From the NCBI GenBank assembly GCA_963796365.1, contig CAWCLJ010000003.1, forward strand, positions 654,800 through 718,799: a DNA stretch of 64,000 nt, written 5' to 3'. The DNA comes from an uncultured Chloroflexia bacterium. GTDB taxonomy: Bacteria > Chloroflexota > Dehalococcoidia > Dehalococcoidales > RBG-16-60-22. Below, in pieces: positions 56,873 to 64,000 of this stretch. A program made the translations under genes and the position numbers. Every line of letters begins with the position of its first letter. Position 1 is the stretch's first letter. The notes below the pieces were generated by a model. It ran no database searches. It saw only the letters and a list, made by a program, of their open reading frames with translations, and was not told where the DNA came from.

Positions 56873-57592
56873 ATAGAAATCATACCCTCTATCGACCTGC
56901 GCAATGGTAAATGCGTCCGCCTTTATAAAGGTGATTATCACCGGGAAACCGTTTTTTCCGATGACCCTCTTGATGTGGCGCTAAAGTGGCAGGCGATGGG
57001 CGCCCCGCGTTTGCACATCGTCGACCTTGACGGCGCCGCCACCGGAGAGTTATCCAATCTCGAGATAATCCACAACATTACCGGCGCGATGCTGATACCC
57101 GTCCAGCTCGGCGGGGGTATACGTCATATCGAAACGATTGAAGGCCTTCTCAAAGCCGGCATCGACCGCGTTATCCTGGGTACCGCGGCCGTTGAATCCC
57201 CGAACCTTATCGCCGAAGCCTGCAGCCGCTACCGGGAGTCTGTCATCGTCGGTATCGATGCCCGCGAAGGGCGGGTAGCTACCCGCGGCTGGGTCAAGGA
57301 AACGGAACTTACCGCCGTTGACTTCGCCAGGTCAATGGTTGAAATAGGCGTGAGGCGTTTCATTTACACGGATATCGAAAGGGACGGCACACTGACGGAG
57401 CCTAATTTCAACTCTATCGGGGAAATGGTCACTTCCCTCGGCTGTCCGGTTATCGCCGCCGGCGGCATTGCCTCGCTGGAACATTTGAAAAAACTGAAAG
57501 AGCTTGGAGTGGAGGGCGCGATTATCGGCAAAGCGTTGTATACCGGAGATATCAATCTAAAACAATCTCTCGAAGAGATAAACCCGATTTAG
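56873..57592 (+). CDS. hisA: ProFAR isomerase HisA, isolated from other his genes
   Basis: IIPSIDLRNGKCVRL...GGGIR...AAGGIASLEHL motifs. The ORF track starts at ATG 56774, but the SD AAGAGG (56861-56866) points to the in-frame ATA at 56873. Start is uncertain. Confidence 0.85.
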   Translation: MEIIPSIDLRNGKCVRLYKGDYHRETVFSDDPLDVALKWQAMGAPRLHIVDLDGAATGELSNLEIIHNITGAMLIPVQLGGGIRHIETIEGLLKAGIDRVILGTAAVESPNLIAEACSRYRESVIVGIDAREGRVATRGWVKETELTAVDFARSMVEIGVRRFIYTDIERDGTLTEPNFNSIGEMVTSLGCPVIAAGGIASLEHLKKLKELGVEGAIIGKALYTGDINLKQSLEEINPI

Positions 57593-57597
57593 TTACT

Positions 57598-58497
57598 TCA
57601 GGCTGCCGCTTGCGCGGCTTCTTCCGCTTTATCGACTTCAACGGCCTTGTTCATCGCTGCAATCGCTACTTCCAATTGTTTGTCATCCGGTTCGGCGGTG
57701 GTCATCGATTGCAGCAGCAATCCGGGCGCCAGGATAATTTTCATCAGCCGGTTGTTGGTATGTCTGGCGCCGAAGTAAATTAATTCATACCCCAGTCCCA
57801 TGATAACCGGCAGCAGCACGATACGCGTCAGCACCATTATCCATAGAGTTTGCCTGCCGGTAAAAGTAAATACGATGATGGCAATTACCAATACAAAGAA
57901 GAGGAAACTCGTGCCGCACCTTACATGGGCGCGGCTGTATTTTTTCAGGTTTTCTACCTCCATCGGTCCGCCGGCTTCATAAGCGTTGACCGCCTTATGC
58001 TCAGCGCCGTGATAAGTGAAAACCCTTTTCACGTCAGCCATCATGCCGATGATTTTCAGATACCCGATAAAAATAGCTATCCTGATAACGCCCTCGATAA
58101 CCGTAAATGTAAGGGTGTTGGGCAGATAGCTGTTGACCAGCTTTGTCAAAAAGAGCGGGGCGATAAAAAACAGTCCCACCGCCATCACCACCGAGAGTAA
58201 AATCATGCCCCAGATGGCTTTGGTGGGGATTTTTTCGTCTTCTTCTTCCATCGCGACATTGGCGGAGAACATTAAAGTTTGTATACCAAGCACCATCGCC
58301 TCGATGAGGACAACCACGCCGCGTACCAGCGGGGTGCGTCTGGCCCAGCTGGTCTGTGCCGAAGCGGCAGGCTTTACATCTACCGCGATATCTCCCTGGG
58401 GACGGCGGACCGCTGTAACCACCGAACTCCGCCCGCGTATCATCACGCCTTCGATGACCGCCTGGCCGCCATAATTATATTTCTTTTTGTCCGGCAT
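57598..58497 (-). CDS. DUF1385 family membrane protein
   Basis: YGGQAVIEGVMIRG...TYHGAEHKAVNAYE...RCGTSF motifs. Start set to MPDKKKY. Confidence 0.85.
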   Translation of the reverse strand: MPDKKKYNYGGQAVIEGVMIRGRSSVVTAVRRPQGDIAVDVKPAASAQTSWARRTPLVRGVVVLIEAMVLGIQTLMFSANVAMEEEDEKIPTKAIWGMILLSVVMAVGLFFIAPLFLTKLVNSYLPNTLTFTVIEGVIRIAIFIGYLKIIGMMADVKRVFTYHGAEHKAVNAYEAGGPMEVENLKKYSRAHVRCGTSFLFFVLVIAIIVFTFTGRQTLWIMVLTRIVLLPVIMGLGYELIYFGARHTNNRLMKIILAPGLLLQSMTTAEPDDKQLEVAIAAMNKAVEVDKAEEAAQAAA

Positions 58498-58578
58498 GTT
58501 TTTATTACCTGTTATGATTTTACGCAATGTTGACTAATTTCGCAAAATGGAGAGAGGAACCGCGAAAACTGTATCTAA

Positions 58579-58613
58579 ACAAAAAGGAGCTCCGATGTTT
58601 ACCGGGGCTCCTT
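58579..58613 (-). terminator. Intrinsic terminator after rpmE
   Basis: AAGGAGC(CCCG)...(CGGA)GCTCCTT hairpin followed by TTTTT on the minus strand. Confidence 0.7.
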
Positions 58614-58635
58614 AGCTTCTGGAATAACTTCAGAT

Positions 58636-58842
58636 TTACTCTTTAATGTTATAGCGCTTCTTGAAGCGTTCAACACGTCCCGCCGTGTCCATCATGCGCC
58701 GTTCGCCGGTGAAGAAAGGATGGCAATTACTGCAAACTTCTACCCGTAGTTCTTTTTTCGTAGAGCCGGTGGTGAACTTGTTACCGCAGGCGCATATTAC
58801 CACTGCGTCGTTATAGTATTTGGGATGAATTTTCTCTTTCAT
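58636..58842 (-). CDS. rpmE: 50S ribosomal protein L31 (zinc-binding type)
   Basis: [10 protein letters not shown]...CACGNKF...[10 protein letters not shown]. Confidence 0.95.
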   Translation of the reverse strand: MKEKIHPKYYNDAVVICACGNKFTTGSTKKELRVEVCSNCHPFFTGERRMMDTAGRVERFKKRYNIKE

Positions 58843-58847
58843 AGCTT

Positions 58848-59102
58848 TCAGCTGTTATAAACGCTGACCTTTCTCCTGTCGTTGCTGGTTGGTTCGTATT
58901 TGACTACGCCTTCGATCTTGGAGAAAATAGTGTAGTCTTTACCGACGCCGACATTGGTGCCTGGTATAATATGTGTGCCATGCTGGCGTACCAGGATGGT
59001 GCCGGCCTGAACGGTTTGTCCGTCAAATATCTTGATGCCGAGCCGTTGCGACTGACTGTCCCGGCCGTTACGACTCTGGGCAGCTCCTTTTTTATGCGCC
59101 AT
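58848..59102 (-). CDS. rpmA: 50S ribosomal protein L27
   Basis: [24 protein letters not shown]. No N-terminal propeptide. Confidence 0.96.
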   Translation of the reverse strand: MAHKKGAAQSRNGRDSQSQRLGIKIFDGQTVQAGTILVRQHGTHIIPGTNVGVGKDYTIFSKIEGVVKYEPTSNDRRKVSVYNS

Positions 59103-59481
59103 CTTCTGCTTTCTCCTCTGTCTTCTTGCGCCGCGTCCGCTTTACCGGCTTAGCATACTCTGCCCCGGCAGGTAGGATTTTATCAATGCTAAGACTGGTA
59201 AATTGCTGGCGGTGCCCGTTCTTGCGGCGTTCGCGAACTTTTGCTTTAAACTTAAAGACGATGATTTTCTTGTCTTTGCCGTTCTTTTTAACCGTTGCCA
59301 TCACTTTTGCGCCTTCGACTAAAGGCTTGCCGACAGTGATATTATCGCCATCGGCCAGGAAAAGGACTTTATCCAGTTGTACGGAGCCGCCCTCTTCCGC
59401 CTCCAGTTTTTCGACCTTGATTGTCTGGCCTTCGGTTACTTTGTATTGCTTTCCACCTGTTTCGATTATTGCGTAAGTCAT
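59092..59481 (-). CDS. rplU: 50S ribosomal protein L21 (with basic C-terminal extension)
   Basis: [26 protein letters not shown]. Confidence 0.95.
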   Translation of the reverse strand: MTYAIIETGGKQYKVTEGQTIKVEKLEAEEGGSVQLDKVLFLADGDNITVGKPLVEGAKVMATVKKNGKDKKIIVFKFKAKVRERRKNGHRQQFTSLSIDKILPAGAEYAKPVKRTRRKKTEEKAEDGA

Positions 59482-59509
59482 ATGTCTCCCAAAACGTTAC
59501 CAAACATTT

Positions 59510-59538
59510 ATTATCTCATATCTATAGCTAGACGTCAA
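59510..59538 (-). promoter_or_regulatory. Sigma70-like promoter of rplU-rpmA-rpmE
   Basis: TTGACG, 17 nt spacer, GATAAT on the minus strand. Confidence 0.6.
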
Positions 59539-59578
59539 TCTTACCACTCAAGGGGTTAGGTTCTCTTTTGGTTGATAT
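59534..59578 (+). repeat. att-like site A (chromosomal arm, core ACCACTCAAGGG, element arm GGTTCTCTTTTGGTTG)
   Basis: The 12-nt core is identical to site B. The right arm is an inverted copy of the site B left arm. Confidence 0.6.
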
Positions 59579-59658
59579 TTCACCTTTTAACACTCTCTTA
59601 TTATCATACATATTTATTGTCAACCTAGCTTTACATTTTAATTTGGTCAACTAACTAA

Positions 59659-60354
59659 CTAACTAACTTCCTTCTTGTCAGAAATTGGTAAATCACTTAT
59701 AGCTAGCTTGAATACTTGTAAAAGTAAAGTGTAGGCTCTTATTACAAAAAGACATTCCTTTTTAAACTGATAACTGGTTAATGAATCATCAATAAGTACC
59801 GGATTAAAAAAATTAATAACTCTTGGTTCACTTCCCTTTCCTGTAATGGTAAAATATATACCTAAACGAATCATCTCTAAACTTATGTTATCTAATATCT
59901 CCACTAACTCTTCTTCGGATAATTCTCTATATTGGGTTGGATGAGTAGGAATACTTATGGCAGAGCCGATTGTAATTTCTTGGGGGGATTTTCTATTACG
60001 TACTACATATATCGTTCGCTTTTGCTCATCCGTCAATGTATATGCAAAATACGTACTAGAATCATCTGAACGCTTAAAAGAGAGATTTGGTATATCAACC
60101 CAATCTCGAATAGTTTTCTCTAGGTCTTTATCACTCAATTTTGTTAATCCCTTTTTATACCTTGCTCTCCAAGTATCAATTTGATTCACTATCCAGAAAG
60201 CACATCCTATTCCAAATATAATACCTAACCATATCTGCCATATTGGTAATTTTGCTAGGTGGATGACAATCGAAGTAATCACAGCAATCACCACTGCAAC
60301 GACCAATCCTGAAATGATTGGATGACTAAGGGAATCTGTAAATTTCTTCCACAT
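59659..60354 (-). CDS. Hypothetical membrane-anchored protein (2 N-terminal TM + ~160-aa soluble domain)
   Basis: 231-aa ORF in the AT-rich island. No motif I recognise with confidence. Confidence 0.6.
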   Translation of the reverse strand: MWKKFTDSLSHPIISGLVVAVVIAVITSIVIHLAKLPIWQIWLGIIFGIGCAFWIVNQIDTWRARYKKGLTKLSDKDLEKTIRDWVDIPNLSFKRSDDSSTYFAYTLTDEQKRTIYVVRNRKSPQEITIGSAISIPTHPTQYRELSEEELVEILDNISLEMIRLGIYFTITGKGSEPRVINFFNPVLIDDSLTSYQFKKECLFVIRAYTLLLQVFKLAISDLPISDKKEVS

Positions 60355-60448
60355 GCCCCTATTCTACCACTTAACCCCCAATAATTATCAAAGTGTTTGA
60401 ATAGACTTTTTACTTGACCATAACTAAATGTAAAGTAATTCATAAAAA

Positions 60449-60498
60449 ATCAACCAAATCAGAACCTGACCACTCAAGGGATACTGTTTGGTTGGGAT
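60449..60498 (+). repeat. att-like site B (complete: inverted arms CAACCAAA...TTTGGTTG around core ACCACTCAAGGG)
   Basis: ATCAACCAAATCAGAACCTGACCACTCAAGGGATACTGTTTGGTTGGGAT. Confidence 0.6.
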
Positions 60499-60548
60499 AG
60501 ACGGATGTAATTGACTGTGATATTCTTACCTCAAAAGGGGGTAAGAAT

Positions 60549-61256
60549 ATGGATGAAACACATTTAATAAAGAAGGTTTGGGATATGTGGCTAGTAAAAC
60601 ATAATTTCAAAAATCGTGATAATGCAGTTCTATTCACAAGTGGAATATTTTTTATAATTACTCTTATAAGTATATTTTTCTCAAAAGGTGTATTGAGAGA
60701 TGTTTTTATAGGACTATGCCTTCTTGCAGCTATAAATGAACTCAGAGTTTTTTTCTGGGTACTTCCTAATGATATATATCAGAAAGAAATATTTAAAATG
60801 TCCCCTGTATATGAATTAAGTCTAACACAAGAACAGCAAAGTAATAGATTTATTTCTATTGAACCATACTACATATCTATAAAGAAAAATGGCGTTAAAA
60901 TGGTTGTAGAAAGTTGCTCTATCAAAATACGTTCATGGTTATTCAAAGGATTTCATATTAATAGTGTTTCTTTAGTCATTAATGAGCCAGATATTTTTAG
61001 AACCTTGGATTTCAGTACATCTAAGAATAATGGGCACACTCAAGTTATGGGATTAACTGCTGGTGCTAGATATTATTCAGGTATATTTTTGTTTCCTAGT
61101 AAAGACATTTCAATTGGACTAAAACCATTAAACACACCAATTTATATTAAAGGTCAGGCAAGATTGCAGACTGATGTGTTTGGAGAAATCCCAGTTGATT
61201 TTGAAAGTTCGGCTATTTTATGTGAATCTGTAGATAATGGTAGTGATAAGCTTTGA
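60549..61256 (+). CDS. Hypothetical membrane-anchored protein (2 N-terminal TM + beta-rich C-terminal domain)
   Basis: 235-aa ORF in the AT-rich island, divergent from 59659..60354. Confidence 0.6.
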   Translation: MDETHLIKKVWDMWLVKHNFKNRDNAVLFTSGIFFIITLISIFFSKGVLRDVFIGLCLLAAINELRVFFWVLPNDIYQKEIFKMSPVYELSLTQEQQSNRFISIEPYYISIKKNGVKMVVESCSIKIRSWLFKGFHINSVSLVINEPDIFRTLDFSTSKNNGHTQVMGLTAGARYYSGIFLFPSKDISIGLKPLNTPIYIKGQARLQTDVFGEIPVDFESSAILCESVDNGSDKL

Positions 61257-61287
61257 TAGATTATCGTAATTATGAAAATGAATCCAA

Positions 61288-61313
61288 GCTAACCGAACAG
61301 AACCACTCCAGAG
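61288..61313 (+). repeat. att-like site C (element arm CTAACCGAACAGAACC, core ACCACTC, chromosomal arm)
   Basis: The left arm plus core aligns with the left half of site B (about 24 of 30 positions). Confidence 0.55.
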
Positions 61314-61345
61314 CCTCTCTTATTACGTAATATCATGATTTTTCT

Positions 61346-61930
61346 TCAAGTTTTATACGTCCCCATGTATTGGGTCTGGCCCAGGATATGCCCCTTCATA
61401 GCGTCTAATACATCCTGTTTACCGGCGTCGGCATTAAGGTTCAGCATCGTATCCAGGGCATAAAGCGTAAAATAATAGTGGTGCGTTCCGCTTAGCGGTG
61501 AAGGCCCGCGGTAGCCGTTTTCCCCGGCGCTGTTCCTAGCCTGGTTTATGGTATTACCCGGCTAGGTATAAAAAACCGGGACGCTTTCTCCTATTTGTCC
61601 CGCCCGGACGTCGATATTACAAATAATCCAGTGCGTATAAGTCCCTCCCGGTGCATCCGGGTCTTCCATTATCAATACCAGAAACTGCGTTCGGTCCGGC
61701 GCTCCTTCCCAGCTGAAAGGCGGGGATTGGTTTCCGGTCAGGTAAGCATATTTAGCCGGAATCGGCTGACCGTATCCAAAAGTCGGAAATGTAAGTTTGA
61801 ATCCGGCCGGTGTGCCGATGGGACTGGTTGCTGGTACGGCTGCAACCGATGAAGTTGCTGTACCGCTGCAGGCCGTCAAAATGATTGCCAAGGCTAATAA
61901 AACAATTATCAGCCCGGAGATTTTATTCAC
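61346..61930 (-). pseudogene. PEBP/YbhB-family lipoprotein gene interrupted by an in-frame TAG
   Basis: Track ORF 61562..61930 ends ...GESVPVFYT*. The same frame continues PGNTINQARNSAGENGYRGPSPLSGTHHYYFTLYALD...YKT* to 61346. This stretch carries the family signature. Lipobox LTAC. Confidence 0.8.
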
Positions 61931-61954
61931 GGCGGGTGGCTCCTCTTATCCTTT

Positions 61955-62428
61955 TTATTTATTATCTACCTGTACAAGAATATGGGTTCTAGGGAAAAAA
62001 CCAAATCTGGCGTAAAACCCGAAAACTTCTTCGTTGCCGGCTGCCACGCCAATCATTTTTCGGTTGGCTTTATGAGAATTCATCCATTGAACGGCATTTT
62101 GCATAAATATCTCGCCGATATCAAAATGGCGGCGTTCCTTTTTTACAAAAATAGACTCAATTTCACCTGTTTTCTCTCCGTAAATTGAACTGATGCAATA
62201 ACCGATCATGACTTCTTGTTCTCTGGCAATATCGACATGGATCAAACCGTTTTTTGTTTTTTCCAGCAGATCTTTCTTCCGGGCTTCCCATGTCATGTGT
62301 TCGAAATGGTCGCGGAAATGCTGCGAGCGTTCTTTGTGATGCTCATTAAGCTTCAGCCAGAGCGGCTCAACCAGGTCTAACCCTTCTACGCCCATTTGAG
62401 TAAAAGTAAATTCGTTGTTCTGATTCAT
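61955..62428 (-). CDS. GNAT-family N-acetyltransferase
   Basis: ...IESIFVKKERRHFDIGEIFM...GFYARFGF acetyl-CoA-binding pattern. Start set to MNQNNEF, just after the coaE stop. Confidence 0.78.
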   Translation of the reverse strand: MNQNNEFTFTQMGVEGLDLVEPLWLKLNEHHKERSQHFRDHFEHMTWEARKKDLLEKTKNGLIHVDIAREQEVMIGYCISSIYGEKTGEIESIFVKKERRHFDIGEIFMQNAVQWMNSHKANRKMIGVAAGNEEVFGFYARFGFFPRTHILVQVDNK

Positions 62429-62430
62429 CT

Positions 62431-63030
62431 TTAAGTCCGTTTTAGCAGCCTTTGCCATTCTGCGGTGATTTTAGCTTTTAGTTCGTCCACCGTCCCATCA
62501 TTAATGATAGTAATGTCCGCATTCTTGACGCGTTCTTCATTTGTCATTTGAGAATGAATACGGGACCTGGCGATGTCTTCATTATAATCCGGCCTGTTTT
62601 TAATTCTTTGTATAACATCTTTTTCCCGGGCGATGACTACCCAGATTTCATTCGCCTGCCAGGAGCGGTGGTTTTCCAGCATCGCCGCCGCTTCCATCAC
62701 CATCACTTTAACCCCTTGGCGCCGGTTTTTCTCTGTTTCCTCTTCCACTCTTTTATCTATCGCCGGGTGCACGATGCCGTTCAAACGCTCCAGCGCTTTA
62801 TGGTCGTTGAAAACTATTTTCCCCAGTTTAACGCGGTCTATTTCTCCGTCCGCCGCCAGTATCCCTTCCCCGAAGGCGCTTAAAATCTGTTTATACACGC
62901 CCCCGCCTTTTGTTTGAACATCATGTCCTATCTGGTCAAGGTCGATGACGACCGCCCCCAGCTCTTTTAAAAACTGCGATGTCGTGCTTTTTCCGCTCCC
63001 TATGCCGCCTGTCAGACCGATAATTTTCAT
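62431..63030 (-). CDS. coaE: Dephospho-CoA kinase
   Basis: MKIIGLTGGIGSGKST P-loop. 199 aa. Confidence 0.93.
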   Translation of the reverse strand: MKIIGLTGGIGSGKSTTSQFLKELGAVVIDLDQIGHDVQTKGGGVYKQILSAFGEGILAADGEIDRVKLGKIVFNDHKALERLNGIVHPAIDKRVEEETEKNRRQGVKVMVMEAAAMLENHRSWQANEIWVVIAREKDVIQRIKNRPDYNEDIARSRIHSQMTNEERVKNADITIINDGTVDELKAKITAEWQRLLKRT

Positions 63031-63202
63031 CTTAAAGCTTTCTTCGCTCGTAAAATCAGACCATTTATTATATTATAAAAATAGGTGCTCTAATCAACTA
63101 TTAACGTGATGAGTATGTATTTATTAGTTGAGACCTCTATTCCCGACTCTCTCTCCGTTTACAGAGAGGGTGCAATAGATATTGCTGAATCAGCACTATC
63201 GG

Positions 63203-63251
63203 TTGTCTCCCTCCTTGCCAGCGGGGAGGGAGATAAAGCAGGTGGGGTCGG
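63203..63251 (+). repeat. Intergenic repeat family R3
   Basis: TTGTCTCCCTCCTTGCCAGCGGGGAGGGAGATAAAGCAGGTGGGGTCGG. Confidence 0.9.
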
Positions 63252-63314
63252 TATAAAACTTGCACACAGGGCTCTAACTTTTAGCTTTTAATTTTTAATT
63301 TTGGACTTAATATT

Positions 63315-63875
63315 ATGCTTCTATTTGCACATACCGGTCTAACTTTAGGCGCGGCTACTATTGCGGCCGGCGTTGCGAACCGGCGCAGCGGAAAAACCCC
63401 CAGGTTTGTTTCGCTCTCTAAGTATGTTGACGTCCGCATACTCATGGTTGGTGCGATGCTCCCGGATATTATCGATAAACCGGTAGGGATGTATTTTTTC
63501 GTAAATACCTTTCACAACGGCCGGATATTTTCCCATACCCTGTTGTTTCTTCTGTTGCTGATAGGTATCGGTCTTGTTCTTTATAAGACAAAACGCCAGG
63601 TATGGATGCTTACGTTGGCCGCCGGAACATTTACGCACCTTATTTTCGACGGGATGTGGGGGGTTCCGGGTACTTTACTCTGGCCGTTGTATGGATGGAA
63701 TTTTAGTTCGATTGAGATTGAAGGGTTCTTCGGCCATATTTTTAAAGAGGTAGTTTCCGACCCGGTGATTTTTACTTCCGAAGCCATCGGTCTGGCAATA
63801 ATCATCTGGTATTGGGTATTCGCAATTCAAAGAAAGCAGCTCGGCGCCATGCTGAAAACAGGGCGGATATCCTGA
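63315..63875 (+). CDS. Membrane-bound metal-dependent hydrolase (DUF457/YdjM-like)
   Basis: MLLFAHTGLT...MLPDIIDKP...FSHTLLF...THLIFD pattern, 4-5 TM. Confidence 0.72.
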   Translation: MLLFAHTGLTLGAATIAAGVANRRSGKTPRFVSLSKYVDVRILMVGAMLPDIIDKPVGMYFFVNTFHNGRIFSHTLLFLLLLIGIGLVLYKTKRQVWMLTLAAGTFTHLIFDGMWGVPGTLLWPLYGWNFSSIEIEGFFGHIFKEVVSDPVIFTSEAIGLAIIIWYWVFAIQRKQLGAMLKTGRIS

Positions 63876-63896
63876 CACTTTTAAACAGACCTGTTT

Positions 63897-64000
63897 TTAA
63901 ATCTCTATAAGTATTTCGTTACCTTCAACTTTTACAGCATACGTTTTTACCGGACGTGGTGATTTTACAACTTCAGCCAGGGTCCTGACCGCGCTGGGCC
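63897..64000 (-). CDS. 3' end of an unidentified gene running off the right edge
   Basis: Open reverse-strand frame ...PSAVRTLAEVVKSPRPVKTYAVKVEGNEILIEI*. Too short to name. Confidence 0.3.
   Translation of the reverse strand, partial: PSAVRTLAEVVKSPRPVKTYAVKVEGNEILIEI

Larger units (their letters stand above)
59555..61301. mobile_element. AT-rich 1.75-kb island: two single-gene cassettes between att-like sites A, B and C
   Basis: Sharp drop in GC visible by eye relative to both flanks. Sites follow an attL, full site, attR pattern. No recombinase gene inside. Confidence 0.5.

Noticed and set aside
59534-61313. Classical integron cassette array
   Set aside because: GTTAGGT next to core A fits GTTRRRY, but the other sites fit the core and inverse-core consensus poorly. 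The two genes are divergent rather than co-oriented, and no intI or attI is present. It is reported as cassette-like, not as an integron.
61562-61564. TAG as pyrrolysine or genome-wide stop-codon reassignment
   Set aside because: TAG ends many well-defined genes here (prmC, etfA, uvrC, the MFS gene, the deacetylase gene, 49175..49393). No pyl genes are seen. A single nonsense change or sequencing error is more economical.

Overview
64-kb chromosomal window with genes on both strands and repeat-filled intergenic DNA. No homology search was run. All calls come from reading the supplied ORF translations, my own translation of selected stretches, and remembered family motifs.

Gene content: membrane pyrophosphatase, ETF pair, several nitroreductases, a secretin-less type IV pilus set, an archaeal-style wHTH, and a pan-motif-like leader. 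This suggests an uncultivated anaerobe of the Chloroflexota (Dehalococcoidia-like), which is inference only.

Housekeeping genes:
- DUF1015 (partial), MBL hydrolase, hppA, acyl-CoA synthetase, prfA-prmC, etfBA, an EF-G paralog
- uvrC, pepF, DUF72, HAD phosphatase, xth
- tRNA-Gly(GCC) and tRNA-Phe(GAA), MFS transporter, hisA, DUF1385
- rplU-rpmA-rpmE, coaE, GNAT acetyltransferase

Accessory or notable parts:
1. A pantothenate operon (PanG-like reductase, panD, an HPS::RraA-aldolase fusion, panC) has no panB. It sits behind a leader with bulged-A hairpins (pan-motif-like) and an intrinsic terminator. This is my best candidate for an undescribed system: folate-independent ketopantoate synthesis.
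2. A strongly AT-rich 1.75-kb island next to the rplU promoter consists of two single-gene cassettes bounded by arm-core-arm recombination-site-like repeats.
3. A type IV pilus locus: pilB, pilC, pilO-like, pilM::pilN, pilT, pilin, pilD.
4. A wHTH / RHH / GH3 / B12-radical-SAM cluster with clear palindromic operators.
5. A GGDEF+HD-GYP enzyme, a LuxR regulator with a degenerate receiver, and a 887-aa lipoprotein (PKD, Big_2, TolB-propeller, trypsin domains).
6. An AthL-like molybdoenzyme without a partner subunit.
7. A solo IS200-type tnpA flanked by perfect hairpins.
8. At least eight families of short palindromic intergenic repeats, about 28 copies, almost all in one orientation, plus three related degenerate ~48-bp tandem arrays.

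Gene lesions: three +1 frameshifts in G/C runs (pcm, and a xerC/D-like gene twice) and one in-frame TAG in a PEBP gene.
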